Origin: Moniliella sp. 'wahieum'
Lineage: Eukaryota
NCBI GenBank assembly: GCA_003971905.1
Contig: RSEE01000117.1
Coordinates: 1-64,000, forward strand
Direction: 5' to 3'
DNA: 64,000 bases
The number at the start of each line of letters is the position of its first letter. The stretch's first letter is position 1. A model generated the notes under the pieces. The model was given only the letters and a program-made list of their open reading frames with translations, was not told the origin of the DNA and searched no databases. The translations under genes were made by a program, and so were the position numbers. This document shows, piece after piece, positions 14,761-26,945 of this stretch.

Positions 14761-17396
14761 CAATCCCCTGCCCCACACAGTGAAACAAGCCAGCCCAGTC
14801 TTGACGTAGTACCTAAGGTAAGGAAGACGAAAAGGGGGGGCGTAATGATGGGATCAGCCGGGCTCTCGTTATTCTCCAGCCCTCTCGCCCCGGGGAGGGA
14901 TACCCTGACTCGGCCTATCAACGTCTCCTTTTTACTGTAGGCTAAAGCTTAGACCATGTCGATAAACGCAGTTGTAGGGAAGATGGATGAGATCCCTCGG
15001 TTCAATCTTCTCGCAGCAATTCTTACCAGCCCGGACACTCCATCTGCTCCCTGTTGGTGCCCTCTGCTAATATATATAAAAGGCTTCTCATAGCCTCCTG
15101 TACCTCATCTCCTCTCAGAACCACCTCCACATCATCTTTCTCTCGCTTCCCTTATTGGCATATGCTTCCACTCGCATGTCGCGGTTCAAAACACGTTATC
15201 AACATTGAACACCAGTACCTATTCTGGCCTCTATATATACCTCAACTTGAGACAAGCACTGTACCTTCGGCAGATGCACTAGGGGACGACATTCACGAAT
15301 TCATCCAGCCAATCAAACTCGACTGAGGGATACAAACAAATCACACCTGTGTATTAGTATTTCGCATTTCCACTAATGTGGACATGGGCTGCATACGCTA
15401 CTAATACGGCCATCATATCGAGCTTGACGAGCAGGCACACGAATCTGGCTATCCAATGTTGTATATATACCAAGTGAGCACAACGGTTACAGCATAATAA
15501 TGCAGGTCGTAGGTGCAGAAGAGACATCCTTCTCGAAGACGACTCGGGCACTTTCCGTGTGCTTGTTAAACGGTCTTGAAGGGCACCAGAAAACTTACTG
15601 GCATTGTTGACTCTGGAGTAAAGCAATACTTGTACCCCCCCTCTCCCCCCGCTTCCTGGTGCACTTCTTGCCATTCCTAGGGCCCCTGCCGCTCATGGTA
15701 GGGCTGGATGTGCTCTGGGCGAGAGGGAAACTGGTCGTAATAATACCACTTGGTTTTCCTTCTTTCTACGAATGGTCTTTTCTCCAGTCCCTCTCCTCTC
15801 CTGCAGCACTGCTCAGTGCCAACATGGGGTAACCTACTTTGTTGTAGCCCGCTAGAGCAGGTGGGGTTCCTTCCATTAGTAGTGTGATATATAGCAAGTC
15901 CAATCTATTTTTTCTCCTGGGCTTACGTCCAAAGGAGGCGGCTAAGATGACCCGGGGAATGAGAATAAGCAGGGGAGTGCAGCCTTTACCACAAGCCCCA
16001 TATGGACCTTGGCCACATAGTCAAATGGTTGCATCAGCCCTTATATTCTGTTGTCGGGTCCAGCTATTAGGGACATGATATGGACGCAAAAAGGTCCTGG
16101 GAATATGGCCAACCTTGGGAATGCAGCTTCCGGTGGGTTTCAATGTATCGTTCTAGGAATTGTGCTGCTCTCGAGTATGGGTCGCAATCTCGCGCTTGCA
16201 CACGATTGAGGTGGAGCAGAAAAAGAGATGCCTTGTTTTTCCGACATTAACTTAAAGAGCCATGATCGTTGGCAATATACTAGGTCTAGTGAGTGTGCCT
16301 GTTCGCAGCCGAGCCCGTTGCTACTCTCTTCATCCATGCTTCTTCGGCAGGGATGACATCGTCGAGAGGCGAGATCAAAAGCTAGGACCAAAAAAGAGAC
16401 TGTCACCAGGCGTGTGCATATGAGAGGTGTACCTGCTGTGATCAGACTCTTGCCATGGCCACCGGGCTGCTCAGTGGGAAGGCATGACTATAATCTCTCT
16501 TCTGCCTTTTCCCTTGTGCGGTGTGGAGTGTGTGGGGTGGACGTGTGGCGCGGTAAGCGTCGCATTGAACGTTGATGAGGGGGCGTCGACGCCGTGGGAT
16601 GCGAAACAGTGAGGCAGGCATAGAGGCCAGCCCATACTGACCTGTCGGTGCCCGAGGCGTCAGCTTGGTGCTGAATGGCCCGACCATTTCTCTTCCAATG
16701 GGGCAAATGCGGGGAGACCAAGGAAACATCAAAGCTATAAAAGTTTTTGATCAGTCAGCTCTGGCCCAATTTCACACGCCCAAGTTACTCTCTCTTCCCA
16801 GATCTCTCAGATCTCAACCTGATCTCAGCCCTCATCATCATCCCCTGATGCTTATTATCAGCTCTCATCCTCAGCTCCCATCCTCAATAGGGCGGACCAG
16901 CGTACGGAAGTTCAAGCTACCACGCTTCAAACAGCTCCGAGGCACAAACAGGTCCAGGTTAGGGGACTGTCCGGCTATCCTATCGCTGTTCTATGGCCGC
17001 GCCTCAGTGTTGAGCCTCAGCGTTGAGCAGTCTACCGACCTTGGAGAATAATGTATCTCTCCAGGTGGGTAGCTCTCTTCCTGTGCCCAAGGGCTTCACG
17101 CACCAACGCCTCAACACACATCCAAACGCAACAGCATGGGGGCACATGAATTAACGCAGCCAAGAAACCCCGAGGTAAATGTAGATGCGGAGCATGGGCA
17201 GTCGGGCTCGCCACGAGTGATTGATTGGCGCTCGACCAAAGCCTTGTGGTACACCAGTCCGGGGAAGAGTGGGAACTGGGACGCAGCGGAAGGACCGGAA
17301 GGGCTGGAAGGAGGGTGAGGTTGTAGTTGTTCCGGCCCATGTGGCGATCCAAGGCTGGATGCAACAAAACAAGGGAGCACACAGCTCGTCCGGGGC

Positions 17397-18562
17397 TTAC
17401 TCGCGTTTGAACGCAATCTTCTTGGCTTGGGCGCGGTCCATGCCCTTGTCCATGAGCTTGCGCATCTCCTTCTGGTTCTCCCGGGCTTGGTGGTACGTTC
17501 CTTCGGTGTCCATCACGTAGTCCCACCACCGGAAGGAGGAAGCGTAGCAGCCAATGAACGCTTGGTGGTGGTGGTCGTGGTGGTCCGCCCCCGCCCAGAA
17601 GGGCAGGATGTGGCGAAGACTAAAGGGGAAGTCATAGCCGCTGTGCGAGTCGATGGCTTGGAACAGGCGGCAAACGATCCAGAGGTAGACTGTGACAAGG
17701 TGCACGTTGCCCGCCACTACAGCGAGGAGTAGGGGTCCTCCAATGGTACCCGTGCCCAAGATCAGCGTCTCGGCGGGGTGCGCGTACTCGGCAGCCAAAC
17801 CAAAGGGAGCTGGGAAAAAGTTAGCATGAGAAGCAAAGCAAGCAGAAAGGAAAGGAAAGGAAGGAAGGAAAGGAAAGGAAGGAAGGAAAGGAAAGGAAAG
17901 GAAAGGAAAGGGAAAAGGAAAGGAAAGGAAAGGAAAGGAAAGAAAGGAAAGGAAAGGAAGGAAAGGAAAGGAAAGGAAAGGAAAGGAAAGGAAGAAAAAA
18001 AGTGGGAGGATGACGTACCAGCGTACTCGTGATGCTTCTTGTGAATGTGGCGGGTAAAAGGGTCCCCAGTGGAAAAGACGGTGGGCCCAGTAATGCACGT
18101 GTCCTCGACGACAAAGAAGAGAGCGATCTGCCAGGCAATGGTCCAGATGGAGGGGAACGGGACTTGGTACGTGGCCAGGCCAAGATACTGGCACATGGGA
18201 TGGAACCCCCAAATCTGGGGCAGCTCAACAGTAAAGTGACTGATCAAGACGTATTTGGTGCACTCCCACTGGTCCTTCCACGACGGCACCTTCTCGTCCT
18301 GGATCTTGTACTTGCGCAAGGCCGGGATGTGGTCGATGACGACCCAGGGAGCTGCACGGCCAAAGTACAGGAGCTCGTGGGAACAAAGCTCATAATGCCG
18401 GTAGCGATGATGGGATTGTCCCACCAAGACGTACCAGTTCATCCACCCTTTCTCGAGGAAGTTGAGGCTGGCATAGTCGACGCCCTGGTACAGCTCGGCG
18501 CCGTGGACGTCGACGTGGGGGTTGAGGATGCCCTCGAGGAGCGTGGTGGCGTTGAGCGACAT
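17397..18562 (-). CDS. ERG25: C-4 methylsterol oxidase (sterol desaturase/fatty acid hydroxylase family)
   Basis: His boxes [14 protein letters not shown] and [33 protein letters not shown]. Intron 18018-17810 (GTACGT...GCTAAC...CAG). Frameshifts in exon 1. Confidence 0.95.
17845..17995. repeat. Intronic (GGAAA/GAAG)n purine microsatellite
   Basis: About 150 bp of pure A/G repeat inside the ERG25 intron. Confidence 0.95.
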
Positions 18563-18612
18563 GGCGGCAGCGACGGACCAGCTGGCGGGACAAACAGGCG
18601 GGTGGTGGGGGC

Positions 18613-18627
18613 TTTATACGAGGTGAT
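18613..18627 (-). promoter_or_regulatory. Candidate TATA box overlapping a sterol-response-element-like motif upstream of ERG25
   Basis: The minus strand reads ATCACCTCGTATAAA about 50 bp before the ATG. It contains TCGTATA (Upc2-type SRE) and ATCACCTCGT (SREBP-like). Confidence 0.3.
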
Positions 18628-19785
18628 GCGATATGCGCCCGCGTGCGTCGCTTCCGGGGTTAAAAAGAGGCGAGGCCGTGTGGCAGCTGGAGGCGCCCAA
18701 GCCCCAGCCGGCGGCAGGCGAAGAACGGGGGGGATTATCGATGAGCGCTGAGGTGACCGGTGATGGTGCTGGGCATTTGACCTTGGGCAGCGCCCGCCGG
18801 CCCGATCTGATGCCAGGCAGCCGCACGGGGCCAGTGTGGGGCGCGGCCAACCAAATGACCTGAGCAGGCCCCTCTGCCCCCGTGCCCCAGCGCACGCGCG
18901 CGCCAGAGCGCCGCCTGTGTCTTGGGTTATTAGTTACTTAACCTTGTTCGCGCCTCTGCGGCCTGCTGCCTTGGCCCACCCGACACTGGCCCCCGGCGGA
19001 GCGTCCCACGCCGGTTCCACGCGGCACGTGATGCATTGATGTGCGTAAGCGCGTAAGGCCTAAGGCCTACGGCGCCGGGCGGCACAAATGAATAAGGAGC
19101 CCGGGATGATTGGTTTGATCTAGCCGCATGAAAACGTTCAACCCAAGCCCCGCGCTGGTCGCTCCCAGCACCAACCAGATCCCATCGATCTTTGATTGTG
19201 TCACTTGCTTGCGGGCCGCGCCTTGGTTGCCATACGGCAACCAGGTCGCCGTTAAGGAGGGGAGCGACGGCAGAGCCACTCTGCCACCCTGCTCGGGGAT
19301 TGAAAAGATATACTGATACCTCGTGTCCGGTGGCTGCTGCAGTGATCCTGGCATCGCACCAGCGGCCAGCGCAACACACTACGCAACCGTCCATATGGCG
19401 CATGCCCACCGTACCGATCGTATCAGCGCCCCAATGCAGTTACCAGGATGCCAGCCGAAACCAGTTCCCGTCTGCATCCGAAAACTCGATGTGCCCACAA
19501 CTCAAAATGCAGGGGCCGGCATCAAGTACCAACGTTCGCCGTTCAACGTATCAACCCCCCTCCCACAACAAAGTAACTACGACTTTAGATACCCCACCCG
19601 CTTGTCACAAAACGTAGAGAGAAAGGCCGACGGCCCCAGATGATGCGATTTTGGGGTGGGACAAGCTGCCTATCGCGGTCAGGGCGTAGCAGAACCCTAA
19701 CAGAGGAGCGCAACCACATGCGCGGGGACAAGAGAAGCACGCAGGACGGCCAAGCACCCAGAACGCCGAGGGAAGCGGAAGCATC

Positions 19786-20287
19786 TTAAACCACCGTGCC
19801 AGCGTTGGAAGCAATACGGGGCCAAAGGTCCGCGCACTCCTTGGCCACGGGGCCCGTGATGGCCGACCCCTTCATTTCACCCTTGGGGTTAACAATCACA
19901 CCAGCGTTGTCCTCAAAGTAGAGGAACACGCCGTCCTTCCTCCGCCACGTCTTGCGCTGGCGAATGACAATGGCCGGCATGACTGTCGCGAGAGCAAATA
20001 AGATAGGTCAGTACGAACTCTTCTTTCTTTTTTCCTCTGAGTTCCAAAAGGGTAAAGTGGGAACAACCAACGCACCCTTCTTGCGCAGTTCCGGCTTGCC
20101 CTTCTTGACCGAAGCGACAAACATGTCACCGGCCGAAGCGGCGGGCAGACGGTTGAGGCGTGCGCCCGTACCGTGCACAGCAATGACAAAGAGGTTCTTG
20201 GCCCCGTGTTGTCGGCGCAGTTCATCACGGCGCCGACGGGCAGACCGGGGTCATGCGGTACTTGGTTCCCTGCGCTCCCTTGGGCAT
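19786..20287 (-). CDS. RPL23: 60S ribosomal protein L23 (uL14)
   Basis: [13 protein letters not shown]...[11 protein letters not shown]...[75 protein letters not shown]. Coding intron at about 20075-19984, plus a 5'-UTR intron 20435-20298. Confidence 0.97.
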
Positions 20288-21316
20288 GATTACGAGTCTG
20301 GACACAATGGAAAAGCGGTCAGCTGGCTGTCCAGCACATGTGTCGTCGATGCGACAACAAAATGAGAGGAAAGGGGGCTAGCGTCGCTGCGCTGGCGCGG
20401 ACGCAAGGCCACCCTACAGGGGACGATCGGCTTACCTTGCTGGTTGGCGAGCGAAAGGGGACGGCCACTGCAACCCACGAAGCTGGGATGGGGGGGGAGG
20501 GCGCTGGCGACAACCCTATCTGCACCCTCCTTGTTCTCCTCGGCAACGGGAGGGACCTAGGGCTGGTCGACTGGGCGCAGCGCCCAGGCAGCTTACGCCT
20601 TGCTGCGGTAGCTTCCTCCCGTGCAACCCTAGGTCGATCAAACGGAACCCAGTACTCACGACGTACTCACGGGTCACCGGAACGATCACCCTGCTTTGTG
20701 AAACTTTCCTCCCAGTCGATACTGCAAGCGGAATGCTTTGGCACCGGTGAACTGCCGTTCCGTCCATCGGTCAGAGTTACGACGGAATGGAACCAGGGGG
20801 CGAGATCGGTGCAACGTGTCCCCGCCCGCGGCGACATGAGGCATGTGAATGTGACATGCATGTGATGTATGGCGTGTGATGTGGGACGCATGATGCATGA
20901 CGCATGATGGCTGTGTCACTGGGCCCGTGCGGGGTGCTTGGAAAGGGGAAGAGGGAAGCAGGAGGGGCCACGGGGGGAGTGTGCGTGTTGCGCCCGAGCG
21001 ACGGCGGGGCACCAGCGCACTCTGGTCCTGGCGCCCAGCAGCGCCCAGCAGCGCCCAGCGCCCACGTCCGACCAAGGGAGCGTGTGGTGGCGCGTGGTGG
21101 CGCCCTCGGGGCCTCAGCCCCAGGGTGGGCCTCAAAGGCCTCAAACTCAATCGTAGCTTACCGGTTAGTTAGCTAGCTTACCCGCCCGCCGCTCCCCTCC
21201 GGATTAGCCCCGTGGCTCCTGGTTTTGCTGCTGCTCTTCCATCTCTTTTTCTCCTCTCTCCTCCCCGCCCTCACCGTCAGCCCCCCAGCCTCTCACCCCC
21301 CAGCTTCCAGGACAAA

Positions 21317-22452
21317 ATGGACTCGTGGAAGACATTCACCAGCAGCCTGTCCGACGCGGCCGCGAGTGCAGCGGCGAGTGCAGCGCCCGTGGGCACGCGG
21401 CTGAGCAAACAATTTGGGCACTTATCGCAGCAAGCGGGGAGCGGTTGGGTGCGGTGGACCCGTCGGACCTAACGGAACTTCCGAGCGAGTACCGGGCTCT
21501 GGAAGCGCGCGTCGATGGACTACGATCGGCCCATGCGACCTTGGTACGCGTGCTCAAAGTGTACCAGACGGAAGGGTACGATTGTCCCGTTAGCATCCAA
21601 GACTCGGTGAGCGATGCGTCGCGCTCGGTGGTGCAGACTGTTGGCGTTGGACTGCCCAAGCGCGCGGGGTAGCTGCGCCCACGCCTTCCTCTGACCCGGC
21701 TGTCCGACGTACGTTGGCCCATACGCTTTCGCGCGCCATGGCCAGTGCGGCGGTGGAGGTGGAGCCCAAGTCCCAGTCGACGGGTGCGAGTGGGGTGCCA
21801 AGTGATCCAAGTGACCAGGGGGAAACGGGATCGGCGTTGGCGGCAGCGTTGCGTTCGGTGAGCGTGGCGAGCAACAGCGTGGGTCAAGCACGGTTGCACC
21901 AAGATGGGGAGATTCAGGAGAAAGTCAGTGCGCCGTGGGTGGCGTTTGGCAAGCAGATTCAGTTGGCTGTCCAGGCACGTGGGGAGGTGCAGGAGGCACG
22001 GTTGACGTTGGATGCGGTCAAGCAGGCGCTGAAGAGTGTCGAAGTGCAAGCGGGACAGAGAGGCGGAGGGGGACAAGGTGCAGCATGCGCGAGCGGAGGT
22101 GGAACGCGCGGAGGATGTGTTGGTCGCTGCGACCGAGCAAGCGATTGGACTGATGAAGAATGTGTTGGAAAACCCCGAGCCGATCCGGATGCTGGCGTTG
22201 TTGGTTAAGACGTACGTTTGGTTCCTGGTTTGGCTGGTTTGCTACGGAGCAAAGCGCGATGGAGGGCAGGTACTGATATGATCTTTCTCTTTCTTCTCTT
22301 TCTTCTCTTCTCTCCTCTTCTCTTCTCTTCTCTTCGACTGCAGCCAAGCCGAGTACCACCGCACCGCAGCCGAGGCGCTCGACACGGCGTTCACCCAAGT
22401 TTCGGCGGATGCGCGGGGGGTGGAGGAGACGTTCCGTGCGAGTCGGGTGTGA
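21317..22452 (+). CDS. GVP36: Gvp36-like BAR-domain protein
   Basis: MDSWKTFTSSL...ERLGAVDPSDLTELPSEYRALEARVDGLRSAH...VYQTEGYDCP...TLAHTLSRA...ARLTLDAVK...VERAEDVLVAATEQAIGLMKNVLENPEP; intron at about 22211-22343; QAEYHRTAAEAL...RASRV*. Confidence 0.85.
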
Positions 22453-22772
22453 AGCTTGAAGCTTGAAGTTGATAGCAGGATGCATGAAACGTGAAACGTG
22501 AAGCTCTTGAAGCTTGAAGCTTGAAGCTTGAAGATTCAAGGTAAGAGGGCTTGGTCGACTCGACAGAGACCGTATCAGTTGCCTCGCCAGAGGAGTGGGG
22601 AGGAGGGAGGAGGAATCTGTGTCATCTGTGTAGAGAGGAGGAGCGCAAGATGGACTATAGCTTTGTGTTGTGTCATGTCTACCCACATCGACCGCATCCT
22701 TCCACGCGCCCGTACCGGTTACCGACTCTTTCCCTACATATCCAATTCAATTCAACCCTTGGCACAAGGGAA

Positions 22773-22863
22773 TGGACAGGTGCGATCTCCCTAGCCAAGG
22801 GGACTGGACAGGTGCAATCTCGCTAGCCAATGTGACTGGACAGGTGCGATCTCCCTAGCCAAG
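22773..22863. repeat. 32-bp tandem repeat x~2.8 (TGGACAGGTGCRATCTCSCTAGCCAA...)
   Basis: Units start at 22773, 22805 and 22837. Confidence 0.9.
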
Positions 22864-22868
22864 AAACC

Positions 22869-25800
22869 CTACCGCGTACCGCCACTCCCGTCGCCCCTTA
22901 TGCTCTCAAGTGTGTCGCGGGGGGTTGTGGTGGGAGGACGAACCAGCCGAACCGGGCGTTTGGTGGTAGTGTGTAAACCCACGAGGCTTTCCACGAGGTT
23001 TGGGTGTACGCTTAGCCTCCGACGGAGACAGGGACTGAGACTGAGACTTAGACGGAGACTGAGACTTAGACGGAGACTGAGACTTAGACGGAGACTGAGA
23101 CTGAGAGTGAGAGTAAGACGGATCGTTAAGGCCAGAGCTAGGCAACGACGGAGACGGGGTCCTCCTTGATCCTGATCCCTCGGGCTCGTCACGTTTGTTC
23201 CTGTTTGTGGTGTAGGAGACGTAGGGTACGGAGCAGGAAGGATGTTTGGGTAGAAAGCACATCGCGCTTCGTTTCACCTCCTTGGACTCTGCAACGGAAA
23301 GGTACGTCCATCCTCGTGCTCGGGGGCAAGGTAAGCGCGCGGGGAGGAGCAGAGGGGCCAGGATCAAGATCACGGTCAGGATCAAGGTCAAGGTCAGGAT
23401 CAAGGGCGGTAGGACTAGGCTCCTCCTGCTGCGGACGCTTGTCGGCTCGACTCGGGGTGGATGGGGTCCGAGGAGAGGGTAGCGTGTGCCTGTTCCTGGG
23501 CAAGGGCAAGGGCAGGAGCAGGAGCAGGGGGTGCTGTTTGAGCAACAGATTATTGTAAGTGAGCATGAGCTGGTCGAGTCGGACAGCAAAATGGTCGGTA
23601 TCGTGCGCAGCATCGGCACATTGAGTCAAGGCGGAAATGATACCTCGAACCTCATCGTTTCTTCCACCTCCTACCAGGCGCGCACCGGCATGGAAAAAGC
23701 CCGCGCGCATCAAGCCCGGGTCCACTTGTAGGTACCGTTGGGCGGCCATGGTTTGGGCCACCATCGCGATGCGTCCGGCCAACTCGATGGCAGCACGACG
23801 GATGAGCGCACGCAGTTCGTCCGCCCGTTCGCTCTGCTCGGGCACGGCGGGAGGGTTTAGGCCAGCAGGACCGGACGCTAAACCCGCCGGACCCGGGCGG
23901 GTTGGACCCAGCGTGTCCCCCGCCACGGCGATCCCATGTTCGTTCACTACGCAGCTCAACGCGATCCAGGTAGCGGCATAGACCACTTCGATAAAGCACG
24001 CTTGGAACACGGTGGTCAAATCCCAGGACGAGGGCCAAGCTGGGGGCACGCCTACGGCGGCCAAGTGAGCCGCTTTCCATCCATGTACCGCCGCGACGGC
24101 CGTTTCGAGCGCACTGAGTTGGACACCTTGTTCATTGCGCGAGGGGACCAAATGGTAGTGTAGAGCGTAGCGCGTACCTCGGCCAAATCCAGCACGGCCG
24201 CCACCCAGGCACCCCAGCGTCGAACGGCAGGTAAATCGATAGGTACAGGTGCGGGGGACGGGGCGGAGGCTAAATCGGTCCAGACGACACCCGGGACGGG
24301 TGGGGCAAGTACATTGTAATCTTCTCTTCGAATCGCAGGGGCGGTGCGGAACATCAGGCCGTCGACTGTATCGACCAACAAGCAGTGCCACCAGCACAGA
24401 ACGGCCATTGCGTGTCGTGTGGCGGGTAGGCGATCGACAACATGAGCTTGGTGGAGACCCAAGGTGTGCAAGTGTTCGATCGAGGCGAGGAGAAAGGTAC
24501 GTGTGTATCCATCGACATGAGCCGACACAAGCGCGCGTGACGCCGCCGTTCGTTCAGCGACCAAGCCCTGTCTGTCGCCGGGACTCAGGAGCAACTGATC
24601 GCGGGGTACGTCGATTGTGTCCCAGGAACGAGTGCGCCATTGCGGGGTATAAATGTGCATCAAGAGGCACGCCGCTGCGTGTTCCGGGGTGGCAACGACC
24701 AACGCACGACGAATGTCAAACAGTGCCACCGTCCGAGCATGGAGCCAATGGACAATCCGGCTGGCCCCGGCCCGCCGAAGGCGAAAGAGATCGGCTTGGG
24801 TAGGCGTCAAAGTCTCGCCTCGTTCTTTCAGTCGGGTATGCTCGGCGCGGAGAAACGTGGCGCACTCCTTCCGGTCCGAGTCGAGCAACGGCGCATCGGA
24901 AAAGCGAGCGCCCCAGAGAAGCACGATGGCCATCAACGCGTCCGCCTTGCCCTCGGAACTAGAACGGAAAATGCGTTCGAGCTCGGCCCGACTAAACAGC
25001 GGCCAATGCGGGTGGACGTTGGCAAAGAAACTATCGATCGCAGCATTGGCAATCTCGTGCTTGACCCGCGCCGAGGACAGGAAACTGGCCAAGCCAGGGG
25101 ATAGTTCGGGGAGGTGCAGCAAAAGAGGAACGGCCGCGGCGGCACTGGGCCCAACAGCGGGCCAGTCGTTCGAACCTTGCTGTTCGCCATGGTGGTGTCT
25201 AGGCCGGTCAGGCAGCGGAGACCAATCCTCTGCACCACTATCATGGTCCTGGGGGGCCAAGGGGGAGGGAGGGGTGCTAAAGAGGTAGTCGACCAGCTGA
25301 CTGAATCGGTGCTCGTTGGCCTCCACTTGTACGGGGGCGACAGAGGCCGAGGAGAGGGGAGGAGAGGGAGAATGGACGCGTCTCCTTTGGGCCGGAGGGG
25401 TCGGGGAATGCCTTGAACCTAAGGGCAAAGGCAACGACGAGAGAGGGGAGATGTAGAGGTAGAGGTGGTGGGCAGGGCAGCTGTCTGAGCAGGCGGGGAG
25501 GCTGTGCCCCCCCTTCTACTGACCTCTGCCGGGCTAGCAGGCTCTGGCCCGGGACCACGCGATGCGCTACTGGACCGAGGAAGTTTGGCAGGTTTTCTGA
25601 AAGGACGACGAGACACGTTAGTTTGGGGCATACAACATGAGCCAGGAAAATGGTGTGGTGACAACGGGGTATGGTTCCTACCACAGCCAACGTACATGCA
25701 GGGGATCCGTCGTGCTGAACAAAGTGTACACTTGGCTTTACCGGGGGTACGACAGCAGCGCACCTTGCGCCGCCGACAAGCATCGCACGCCGAGTTTTGT

Positions 25801-26799
25801 TTGCGAGCTGTCTGAGTGGGAACAGACGGTTCACGAACGGCGCGGTCGGGGGGCAGTTCGGAACCGAAAAATGGTGGTTCAACAGGAGCAGAAGCGGGAG
25901 GAGCAGGAGCAGGAGTGGGAGCAGGAGCCGGAGCCGGAGCCGGAGCAGGAGTAGGAGTGGGAGCCGGAGCAGGAGCAGAAATAGGAGCAGCAGCAGCAGC
26001 AGCAGCAGCAGGGGGTGCATAAGAGCCGGTGTTCACTCCAGTGGGCCGGGGTGGGCCAGGGGCATCGAATTGGGTGGGCCGGGAGGCGGGGCGATGGAGG
26101 GACGGGTAGGGGCCAGGATAAGAGGGAGGGTAACGTAATCGTAGGCTTGCCGTACGTGCTCATGCTCATGGCTGCCGAGGGGGCGTGGGGCGAGTGGGCC
26201 GGGGGGAACCGGGGCATAGTCGTACTGGTACGCTTCGTACCGCTCGGGCGGGGTGGCCGTCGTAGATATCGTGGACGGACCGCTTGCGCAGGTACGGATG
26301 GGAGGTCGGAGGGGGTGCGGGCGCGGGGGGGCCGGGTACGGGGAGACGAGAACGATAGTAAGCGCCCTCGACGGCGTCCCACTGCAAGGGGTAGGCATAG
26401 CCGTCGTGTGGCTCGTCGTTCCAGGGGCGGTGGGGGTGGGGGTGGTGAGAGGAGGGGGGGAGGGGGATAGTACGGGGCGGAAGGGGGGGCGCGCGCGGAT
26501 GCGAGTGCGAGTGCGGGGCGGGTGAGGGTGCGCAGGAGCGGCAGCAGAGGTAGCAGAGGTAGCGGCCATGGGCGCCCCGGACGGGGCGGGTAGCAGTGCG
26601 GATGAAGCAGGGTCGATGCGGCCGGGGGGCGGAAGGTCGCCGTCGGGGTAGGGATGGCGGTATTGGTAGGCAGGGTGCCAGCGCCCGCTCGGCGCTGGAG
26701 GAGCGGTGTCTGGGTGGGGGGGTATGGGTAAGCATGTTGGGTGGGGTCCCAGCTGCGGCGGGGTGGGTGCGGTGGGGGCTGGGGGCTGGGGTGGTCCAT
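22869..26799 (-). CDS. Zn(II)2Cys6 fungal transcription factor with fungal-specific TF middle domain (frameshifted; ends approximate)
   Basis: SACDACRRRKVRC...CTLCSARRIPC at about 25788-25698; middle homology region IDSFFANVHPHWPLFSR...LLWGARFSD in ORF 24052-25434; Pro-rich N-terminus from MDHPSPQ (26799); low-complexity C-terminus. Confidence 0.9.
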
Positions 26800-26867
26800 G
26801 GTGCGGGGGGGACGGGCGGCGGCAATGGAAATGGAAATGGAGATGGAACAGGGGGATGGATGAGAGG

Positions 26868-26945
26868 GATGGGATGGGATGCAAAAGGGAAGCGAATGGG
26901 ATGGGATGGGATGGGATGGGATGGGATGGGATGGGATGGGATGGA
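26868..26945. repeat. (GATGG)n pentanucleotide microsatellite
   Basis: Read directly, just upstream of the Zn2Cys6 gene. Confidence 0.9.
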
